A stretch of 64,000 nt of DNA from Gordius albopunctatus. Its lineage: Eukaryota. Location: the NCBI GenBank assembly GCA_964276515.1, contig OZ193909.1, positions 868,001 to 932,000 on the forward strand, written 5' to 3'. Shown here piece by piece: positions 25,390 to 36,147 of the stretch. Every line of letters starts with the position of its first letter. Position 1 is the stretch's first letter. Under the pieces are notes generated by a model, which saw only the letters and a program-made list of their open reading frames with translations, searched no databases and was not told where the DNA came from. Both the position numbers and the translations under genes were made by a program.

Positions 25390-28300
25390 GCGCTATTTAA
25401 AGCGAGACAACGGCGATCTCTCTCACGTGCACAAATTTCGGCGGCGACGACGTCCGATCCTAGCGTAGCTGTGTGTTCAGTTTTGGCGCAGAAGAATCTA
25501 CCTTCGTTCCCGCCTTTTATAGAGCGGCTAGTAAAATTTTACAAAAAGTTTCAAGACAACACTTTCGGCCACGTTTGTGATCGTCTCTGGTTCCGACTGG
25601 ATTTGCACCCGGCTAGTGAAAAATTCATCGCCGTACTACGTGTGGAGTTCCCAGACGAACATGTGAGTGACTTTTTGTTATGCAACAGTTGTTATAAATC
25701 TTTGGGCGCTTCGCGTATACCCAATATGTCCAAATCTAATGGTTTTGCATATCCGACCTATCCAACACATTTACCTACTTTAGATTGTGTTACTGAGAGG
25801 CTTATATCACCTAGATTGCCTTTCCTTCAAATTAGACGCCTAAGTTTTCAATACGGTAGCAAAAAATTATATGGCCAGATTATCAATGTCCCAGTAGATG
25901 TCAATTCAATGGTCACATCGTTACCCCGGGCAATTGATGATGACTGCGCTATCAACGTCCATATCAAGCGCCATCAAGCCTGCAAGACATCGCAGTTCGC
26001 TGGTTATATCAAACGCAGTCACGTGAAAGTATGGCTAACGTATTTGCTAACAAAACCTTTATGCAGCGATATCAAAATCGATAATTCTTTCTTTGCCCCC
26101 ATATCGGAAAGCCGTCTAATAGACAACGCGCTTTCACAAGTTGAAGCATTTCCACGTACTGGCGATGCAGTAGATGATATTATATGCCATCAGCGCACAA
26201 TGCTGTGGAATGATGAACACTACCTATCTCTGGCCCTTGGTCAGAATGCAAGCCCCATTGGTTTGGCTTTTGACGAGTATGCAGAGGAATTATCATTCCC
26301 GAGCATAAATCTAGGAGAGCCCACACCTTTAAGCAAGGTGTTCGAGCCACCCCTTTTGCTATGGCTACCAGTGAAATTCTACCAGTGAAATTCGTAGAAG
26401 CGATAGGCGAGGTGCTATCCCCGATCATGTTTTATATATGGCGGCTAAGGTAATGAAACTACGCGTCACAGGAGCCATGTACGCAACGTTTAAAAATGTG
26501 CTACCTGCATCGTGTAACTTTACTCGCAGAATGATAGAGGATGAAACATACTTTGAAAAATGTTTAAATACTAATTTGGCTTTCCTCTAGTCAATACCAA
26601 ATTCCGTCCATTATTGGGCCAGTCGAAAAAAGGATCTTTTTGCTATGCTTCGTCAATTAGGAAGACCCACTCTATTTTTAACACTGAGTGCGTGCGAATT
26701 TATATGGCCGGATCTATTACACGTCCTGTATAAATTGAAAAACCGTACAGCTTATGAAGGCATAGATATAGTTAATGAATTGTCGAGTCTGGAGCGCAGT
26801 ACACTCGTCAATGATAACCCTGTAACGTGTTCGCTTTTTTTTGATAAACTAGTTAAGAAGCTAGTGTTAATTCTTAAATCTACGACCTCTTCTCCTTTCG
26901 GCCGTTTCCATGTGCCCGATTACTTTAAGCGCATTGAATTTCAGCAGCGCGGCAGTCCACACGCCCATATATTACTATGGTTAGCAAACGATCCAAAGGA
27001 AACCGTTTCGGAGTCCATGCCCCGCACAGTTGAGCTCATAGATGAACTTAGTAGCATAGATCTTAATAAATGGCTCGAACCAAGATGTGTGGCTCTTCAA
27101 GTGCATAAACATACATTCACGTGTTACAAAAAAATGCGTGGTAAAGACACTTGTAGGTTTGGCATACCATTTTGGCCTATGCACGAAACGCGAGTCCTTA
27201 TACCCATGGCTACCGACGATTCTCGCAAAACTGAATTGGCAACTAAGCTTACTGCGATGAAAATTGATCTTGAAGCACGATACCCGCTGTTTTCCCCCTC
27301 AGCTGAATTTCTCGATTGCCATCGTATCGCCTCGTACGACAATTATCTTAACATTTTGCGAGCCGGCATACATCGTCCCATGGTTTTCTTAAAACGCTCT
27401 ATGGACCAGGTATGGAACAATCCGATGCACTTTTGGATCGCGTCGACGCTGCGCTCTAATATGGACATACAATTAATATTAGATGAATATTCGTGTGCCA
27501 CGTATATAGCCAAGTATGTGAATTCCATAGAGATTTAATTAAATTGCGCGAAGAGTATCCGGATCAAGATTTCTTTGATTCTATGCGGGAATTAGGTAAT
27601 AGAACCCTGAGCGCCATTGAAATGACTAGCCAGGAAGCTGCTTGGTATCTATTACGATTAGGCATGTCAGAATCTAGTCGACATATACTCTATATACCTA
27701 CGGTTTGGCCGCACGATCGTAAACGCGTAGTCAAACCAAGAGCGCAGGTGGATGAAGAATTCCTCGAGGAAGATGCGACCAATATATGGAAAGAAAGCTT
27801 ATTGGATCGGTACGCAGCTCGTCCCCAAACGCTTGAAGATGTATGTTTGTCGATTTTGCGGCTCTTTATAATCAACGTTCAAATTCTGAATATGTTCTAC
27901 GCAAGACTCCTTGCGTTATCCGGTACCGAAGGTATCAATTTAACGACCTTGCTGAGTACAAGAGGGAGATGACGCTTTTGTACGTGCCGTTTCGCGATGA
28001 ACAAATGTAGTTATTAGAGGATAACAAATTTATCGCCGTTTACGGCGCCAATGAATGTGAAATTCTCGTTACGGACGAAACAGCAATAGCGGAGTCAATT
28101 TTAAAATATGCTCTCAACAAGATAGCTATTATCAAAAAGCGTACCAACGTTACCACAAGCGATGAATATTGCGCTGAATTAAGATGTGCCAACGATAGCT
28201 GTTTGTTTATACATATAAAATGGCCAGGTGGGAATTCTGAGCCCCTTCAGGTTTTCCTCAGCGGGCCAGCGGGGACCGGTAAAACTTTTACGCTTAAACT

Positions 28301-29955
28301 TCTCATGGAAACGTGTAACCGCTTTTCGGACGGTGTGGCCGATTACAATGCATATTTAGCAGCAGCCTTTACAGCATTGGCTGCCAAGATGATTAATGGT
28401 GTTACCGTTCACTCCGCTTTCCGAATTAACCAAACGTCTCTGCTTACTACCAGCACTCTTTCACGAGAAACATTACATTATTTAAGGGTAATTTTTCGCG
28501 GTATAGACACGGTATTTATCGATGAAGTAAGTATGATAGGGGCAGAACTTTTACACCATATCAATACTAGATTGAAAACATTTACCTGCGACGATGACAA
28601 CTTTTTTGGCGGCTTAAACGTCCTGTTTATTGGCGATTTGCGCCAGCTCCCTCCAGTTAGGCAAACACCCATATACAAACCAGCCCGCTTTTCTCTACAT
28701 TCGTCAATCATTTGGAGGTCCTTAAAATACTATCCTTTGATTGAGGTTATGCGTCAAACAGATACAGTTTTTTCGGAGATCCTTACAAAGATTGGTAACG
28801 GGCAAAAAATGAATGCGCAAGAGAAAGGTTTAATAGAAGGTAGATTTGTTAAAACTCTGACATTTCTACTAACGATTCTTCTATACGCCTTTTTTACAGA
28901 ACAGCAGATGTGATGAGTTTTAATCACCGCGCTTTTGCAGGACCAGCGACAATTAATCACGATGCTGTAGATGTTTATTGGGATTATAGCAGTACCGCCC
29001 AGTTGGTAAGTGCGAAACGTAAGGTAGCAAATATGAGCTGAGATGAAACTGGAGCACTGCCTAAAGTACTTATGTTAGCCGTTGATAAACCTTACATGCT
29101 ACGAACTAATATTGACGTATGTGACGGCCTTGTGAACGGAACTATCGGTACGCTAAAATATGTAGAGTTATCGGCGGAAAATAATAGTATACCTAGATTA
29201 TGGCTTGAGTTATCGCGCAGTTCGGGTGCCGGAAAAATAACAGGCACCAAATATCGTGAATATATATTAAAGCGCACCCATACCTAAATAGCTTGTGGGT
29301 TCCTATAAAACTACGCACAGCCTATATAAAATTAAAGAGTTCCGTCCATTCTAAGCGCACTCAATTTCCTTTACTGGAGGCAGCAGCCATAACCGTACAC
29401 AAGGCTCAGAGCGCTTCCTATGACAAATTGATATATGACTACGATTGGCGCCACGATCAACAGCTAGTTTATGTTGCTCTTTCTCGTGTTTCGAGTTTAG
29501 ATAGATTGAAACTTACTAATAAACACGACAACCACGTTTTTTATCACGCTTATGGGAGAACTACCGGTAATATAATGCACGAACTAAATAGGCTACAAAG
29601 GCAGCCTTTGCTTACGATAGGTGATCAATGCGTCGCCGTTTTAGCCGATAGCGGGCCGCGAGATTTGACTCTTTTGACTTTTAACGTACAAAGCCTCAAA
29701 CTTCATCAAGCAGATGTGAAAGCGCGACCTTTGTTATTGACCGCTAGCATTCTTGTGTTTTGTGAAACGTGGTTAGAAAATGATGAACGCATTGAACTAC
29801 CCATTTATACATGTATTTCCCAACACAAGAAACCCCGCATTCGGGGGGGGGGGGGCACTGTGTAATGATATATGAAGGAATTGATTCTGTTCTATCATCT
29901 CATTTATACCCCACGATATCCTCACCTATAACCGCATTACGCGCATGCTAGATCA
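25390..29955 (+). mobile_element. Decayed Helentron/Helitron2 Rep-PIF1 helicase-AP endonuclease ORF (5' truncated; stops and frameshifts)
   Basis: HUH Rep motifs PTLFLTLS, IEFQQRGSPHAHILLW (RGSPH is Helentron-type) and YIAKY. PIF1 motifs GPAGTGKT, IDEVSM, GDLRQLPPV, MRQ, QFPL..AITVHKAQ, YVALSRV. Endonuclease N-half TFNVQSL, FCETWL. Confidence 0.93.
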
Positions 29956-30145
29956 CGTGAGCTAAGCATGTTATCTTATCAAAACAATTAAGATTTAGGC
30001 GCTAAACGTATTTATTAAAAATATGTCCGACTTAATCGACTATATAAATTCTGTCACCTTAACTATTAATTAAAATTTTATTTTTTTACATTCCAACTAC
30101 CATTTCCCCATTCATTATGAGAAATTTTACTGACTGTCTATTTAT

Positions 30146-31033
30146 TAATTGCTATGCAATTTATGATTTTTTCTATTAATTGTTTTTTTTTATTTTTATT
30201 CGGCTGCCACATTTACCCTCCATAATAGCTTCTTTGAAATAGAAGTCAGAGTACGTGCCCATCCAAGCCGCCGTACGGATGTTGCTACACCGGTAATTTT
30301 AGAAATTATCAAGGAGCGGCCGATGGAGCCGATTATAAGGCTAGGTTCCGCCTCCAGAAGTACCTTCAATTATCAAGATGCGGGGAGGTTACGGTCGCCC
30401 GAGGCCCATCTGGGTTCCACCTACCAGCGTACCTTAACCCATCAAGATGCGGGTCGGTTGCGGTTGCCCGAACCTAGGAGACAGGCGCATCGCCCTAATA
30501 TTCAAGGTGGCCCAAGAAATAACGCAAGACGCCCGACTTATTACCGAGGTAGGGCCAGGGTGCAACCATCCCTGGGTCCAGGCCGACCTTGCAATGGGTG
30601 CCGACGTTAGCACAATCCCCCACTCTGTACAGTATGCCCAACGCCCTCTCGACCTAACAACTTATCTACCGCCTCTACTCAGATACCCCAAGAGCCTACA
30701 ATAGAAGAAATCGAAATGGAAATTCTACGATAATAAATTGTTTTAATTCATATGGTAACATGTAATTTTTCTTTTATATTTTGTTTATCTTTTGATTAAC
30801 CATAAGCATTTTGTATATAATGGCGATTTCCTCTTAGTACTATAAATCTACAAGCATAAGAAACAATTAATAAAAAAACAACAAAGAGAATGACCTTAAT
30901 TGCATAGCAATTAATAATATGACTGACAAAAGCTAAAATTCATGCCCCACTTGAATCAATTTATTTAGCTACAAAGTTTTGCATATTGCCTAGTTTAACC
31001 CTGTACTAATCAAAGTGAGATTGCATAGCAATT
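30146..31033. mobile_element. HINE-like element(s) inside the inverted segment
   Basis: Inverted subterminal motifs TAATTGCTATGCAATTTATG (30146) and AATTGCATAGCAATTAA (30898, 31020). Segment 30930-31010 matches 10186-10262. Confidence 0.55.
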
Positions 31034-31488
31034 AAAATAAAAATAGCAAATAAATTGAAAAGAAGGTATTATTAATTTTTTTTTAAATTGTTTTATTAAT
31101 ATTAAGGGAGAATAGGAATATCTTTGGGTTAAGGATATATTTTTGTGAATTAAGAATTTTAATTTTGTTTTTTTTATTATATTGCTGAGTTTACAAACAG
31201 TGAGAGGTTGTGGATACGGGGGCACACAAGAGTTTACCAAGCATGTTAGTGGTTGCTGTTGGGGTGCGGTACCGGAGGCTAAGCAGTAGTGCAGTCAAAT
31301 GCTTGTAGCTGAAACACTAATAGCTATAAAAATAGATAAAGATAGAATGGAGAATTAAGAAGAAAAATAAATTTCTAAAACGTTAGGTACCTATGACAGG
31401 GAGAAATTTTCTTGGGTGGGGCAGTCGTTGGAAGAAAGGTCATTAATTAACCTTGATAAAGTTAAGGCATGCGATCCCAATAAAACGA

Positions 31489-31961
31489 TTAATGGTGCGC
31501 AGAGTTGGATGGCGCAATGGTGGTGAATAAGGGGCGATGGTAGCTCAAATAACGCTGACTAGTGAGCCGCCCCGTGTTTCTGGCGAACACAGGATCAAGA
31601 CGTGTACCGCCCCTAGTCTTCGGTTCCCCGGACGAATAAAGCTCGAGCCCAAACGTAGTATGCATATAATTAAGAAAGGTGTCATTAGTACCAGGGCTCA
31701 AGTCTAAATTAAAATCAGCCGTTAATATAATAGGTACATTAGTATATGAATGAGGACGTAACGCATTGTCCACGCCACCCTCACGTGGTTGATAGGCTAA
31801 AAAGTATGTTTCTAGAAAAGCACGAATACTTCCTTGTGAACTACCGTGTTTAATGTATAACGCTATTACAAGTATCCGGTCCCGGTTTAAAGTGCATTCC
31901 ACGGCGCATATATCACCGCAATAATCAGTTGCGACCAAATTATGATTTAGCATGCGCGTAA
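31489..31961 (-). pseudogene. C-terminal half of the Helentron AP-like endonuclease, in inverted orientation
   Basis: ILVIALY, IILTADFNLD, TRGGTRLDPVF, SYHRPL are the EEP-family C-terminal motifs missing from the + strand ORF that ends at about 29950. Confidence 0.85.
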
Positions 31962-32099
31962 ACGGGCAAGTCTCTCGTCAAGATTTTGTGAGGGATCCAT
32001 TTCAACCGACGCTAAAATTTGTATTGGGCTTTAAAACAATTTATATTACTTGTGTTTTTAATTTTTGTTATGATTTAAGAGCAATTTTATGGGATTATT

Positions 32100-33470
32100 A
32101 AAAACTTAACCTATAGTTCAGGATAAAAAAATAATATAAGAGTGTATAAAAACTGTACAGAGGTGTGTTCTAGGAGAGGATAAACCAGGTATACAAAAAT
32201 ATAAGGAGACATAGTGGTGGAACGAAGACGTGCAACGCCTGGTCAAATTGAAAAGAAAGCTTTACAAATTATGGTCAGGCAACAGAAATGAGTAAACACG
32301 ATTGGCATATGTTAAAGCTAAAAATGAGACAAAACGTTATGTAGCCAAGGCTAAAACAGAGGTCTATGGTTAACCAGTAAAGAAGTTTTTTTCTTCTTTT
32401 TTTAATTATTGATAATGGTCGCTAAACGACCGAAATATCTAAACCCATTTCCACCCTCGTACTTTATCAATCCCAGATTATCACTGTTTCAAATAAATTC
32501 GATATTATTCAAAGGATTGGTATTACATAATTATATCTTCATATGTGTTTCATCGATTTTGAGAAAGCTTTCAATAAAGTGCCAAGGCAGTTGATATGGG
32601 ATAGCCTGAGTTCCAATGGTGTACCCGAGGCTTATATAATGTTAATAAAGGATATGTATAGAAACGCAAAAACCAAAGTTCGGACATCCAGTGGTACATC
32701 AAATGGATAACGAAGCACCTGAAACGCGAATCACCTTGGGCAATGCTCTTTGCGGATGATATCGTCATATGCGCAGGCTCAAACGTGGAATTAGCAGAGC
32801 AGGTAAAAGTATGGATGGAACGAATATAAAGCAAAGGCCTTAGGGTCAACCGAGATAAAACGGAATATGTATGCTTGGAGTCGGGGAATGAATACAAAGA
32901 AGCACACCTGCAAATCGATCACTGGTGTTTAAGCAGCAGGAAAGAATGCAAATACATTGGTTCTAGGGTACAATGTGATGGAGGTGTGGAAAAAGAAATT
33001 AAGGCAAGAATAAACGCAGGCTGGCTAAAATTCAGGGAGTTTAGTGGTATGGAGCGGAAACATGGGCAATTAAGGCAAAAGAGGAGCAAAGCTTGGCTAC
33101 AATGGAGATGCGAATGTTAAGATGGATCTTGGGAATAAGCAAAAAGGACCATATAAGAAATCAAGACATAAGGGATAAACTAAATGTAGTTCCGATTCAG
33201 AGAAAGTTGGTGGTAAGAAGATTGAGATGGTATGGCCATTTGGAGAGACGGGAGGAAAGTCACTTGGCAAATCGTATCAAGAAAGTGCAAGTCGAAGGTA
33301 AGCGAAAGAGAGGGAGGGCTAAACTGACATGGAAGCATAAAATAGATATGGACTTGAGAAGGTACGAGCTAAAGCGAAGCTGGTGTAAGTGCAGGAATAC
33401 ATGGAGAACCTACTCGAAGGAGCTGACCATTAAATGTACAAACAGCTATAGGAAAAAAATTTATCTTGTA
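32100..33470 (+). mobile_element. Decayed RTE-clade non-LTR retrotransposon (RT and C-terminus)
   Basis: LFADDIVI, KYIGS, RINAGWLKFRE, EMRMLRWILGISKKDHIRNQDIR, RRLRWYGHLERR, GKRKRGRAKLTW. Confidence 0.88.
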
Positions 33471-33479
33471 TAATAACAC

Positions 33480-34964
33480 AGGTCTACAAAAAAACCATCC
33501 TGCAATCAAACCTATTATGATAAAAAAAATTGCGCTGATTAATAATTAGTTTTAAGTTTATTTTCAAAATTTCCAGTTTTTCAGATAAACGAGATTGAAG
33601 GAGCAAAAAATGCCCATTTTACCCTGTTTTGAGGCTCAATTGCCACGACATTTTTAATATTCCTATTAAAATCCACCTATACGTCCATTATTTTATTTTT
33701 TTATATCACCGTTATATTTAAATTCCCCTTATGAAAATTCGTCCCGCTATGTCTGGAAAAAGGAGTAAATTATATACTAACATGCGATGTTTACTAACAC
33801 GTCAATCTCTCCCTTTCTCCTTCTCTTCCACTCCTGCGCCCATATAAGGGGGCGGGAGTGGAGGAGAGAGAGTAGGTGAAGGAAGAGAGATGTGTTAGTA
33901 AACATCGCGTACGTAGTATGTACTCTATTGTACTTAGAGCCCTGCACGGGCCGCCCAAAGCCCGATGGCCTCGGGTCGGGCCTGATGAGGCGGCTCGACC
34001 CGACGCCCGGCCCGAATTGATATGACAAACTAATCTTTTATAAAATATGATCTAAACAAACTCAACTCGATATTAAATAATTATCTTCGAACACCATACA
34101 TAATATTTCCAAGCTTCAGCTTGTTTCCCCTGACTATTAATATATTTTGACCTAAATTGCAAATCTTATTCTGGTATTTAAATTTATTCCTAGTAGGCGT
34201 TACATTAGAATTAAAATAAGGAAATATTTTAAAAAGTGTTTTATTAGTAAATGTTGGGTAAAATATATTTTAAATAGTTAGATATCCAGTTAGCTGAATA
34301 AATTGTAGCGAGTGAAAATGAAAATTTTATTTTAAACTTATCCTAGTTGTAAATTACGTTACGAGTAATAACAATTTAATGCATTATATGGTAAAATAAT
34401 TTTCAAAAATTTTAAAATAATTTTTTTAAATTTCCTATTTTAAAAATCGGATCGGGCCCAAAAATAAAAAGTCGTTCGAACTCGGGCAAAATAAAAACTG
34501 AGACGTCGGGCTCGGGCAGAAAAATTTTCATTTTGCAGGGCTCTAATTGTACTCCGTTTTCCAACCATAGCGGGACAAATTTTTAAAGCGGAAGGGGTTC
34601 ACGTAAACGCGAATAAATTAAAATATAGAGGTGATATGAAAAAAAATAAGGGACCTACAGATGAAACTTTAATCTACGGGATAAATTAATATTTTTTGAT
34701 ATAAATTAAAAATTTCGTGGCAATTGAGCCTTAAAAGGGGTAAATGGGCATTTTTGCACCTTGAACCTCGTTTATCTAAAAAAACTGGAAGTTTTGGGGA
34801 AAAAAACGAAAAACATATTATTATCAGAATTACTGGTCTGATTGCGGGATGGAATCACAAGGTCAATATTTGTAGAACTGTGTAATTATTTAAAACGTCG
34901 AAAATTCATCCCAAATATATAGACTATTAAATATTTGTACCGAGAGTTTAACGGACATCCTGTT
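33480..34964. mobile_element. Foldback/Tc1-mariner-like MITE hosting a nested hAT MITE
   Basis: Long imperfect inverted arms (AAATGCCCATTTTACCC..GGCTCAATTGCCACGA at about 33610 versus TCGTGGCAATTGAGCC..GGGTAAATGGGCATTTT at about 34715). The right end is GGACATCCTG. Confidence 0.55.
33935..34545. mobile_element. hAT-type MITE (611 bp)
   Basis: Perfect TIR TAGAGCCCTGCA / TGCAGGGCTCTA and perfect 8-bp TSD ATTGTACT. Confidence 0.92.
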
Positions 34965-36147
34965 CCATAAACATTGCCCTCGAATTATAAAATCTTAGAT
35001 GAAATAATGATTTGTGAAGGCAAACTATTAACTTGATGAAGTGATCATGTACAAGCATGTACCTCTAGTCCCGGGGATTATTACTAGAATTTATTAACAA
35101 CAACAAATAAAAAAGGGCTCAATATGAATTCCATATACACTATAATAGTAAAATCATAAATTGGTAATAATGAAAATCATGATGGCAATAATCAATTACG
35201 TGCATGCAATATATTTATATTTCGTATAAACGTTTTTGTAAGTGTATACATTGAAGAGTAAATAAAGCATAAACATACTAATAAACACATTAAGGTTCAA
35301 TGATTGGTAAAATAATATGCAAAAAGATAAGGGGGGGGTGGTGGCATCTTATAATCTAGGGAATAAAGCATAGTAGGATATCATTGGGGCAAGCATTGGG
35401 AAATGGGCACGATACGGTCAATATCAAACAAAAAAACATTAGGTGTTCCGTGAATCTAAAGGTGCTGTGTGTTGGGTAGGCAATAATAATTGTTTCGGTG
35501 CTACACATAACGAGCATAATAAAAAAACCGAATCATACATATTAAATATTTGTTGTTGATACGTTAGTCTAGATCAAGAATCTCAAGGTCCCAAACTTTG
35601 TGTTGCTTAGATCCTGGTAAATTACTAACTCGAAAATTAAGCTAATATCACATGTGTTTGTTGATTACTTAGGGACGTGACGTTAGCGAATGAGTCAACG
35701 AAAAGAACGTGAATTTCCCATTGAAAATTTACGATACACCAAAGCTGATGAGAAGGGGAGATGTTGATCGCGATAAATAGGAAATAGACAACTAATTAAA
35801 ATCGAGGCGGTTCCTTGCTGCCCCCACACTTAAGATATCGGTATAAATAAAAACTAAGAGGGTAGGGGGTCACGTGAGAACTCTGATAAAGGTTGAGAGG
35901 GGTGGTGATAAAATTGACTAAGGCGATAGGATAGGATTCGGTCACACAGACAGACGTAAACGGGCGAGGCAGGCGCAGGCTAGATTGAACAAGTGCAGCA
36001 CGACTATACGAAAGATCGAAAGACACGCACAAACCACACACAAAGGCAGGTATGCTGCAAAGTATAATCGACGTAAATAATAAATAAAGGAGGAGGGTCC
36101 ATTATCTCGTATTAGTCCAAAAAAGGGGGAGTTTAAGCTAAGTTCGA

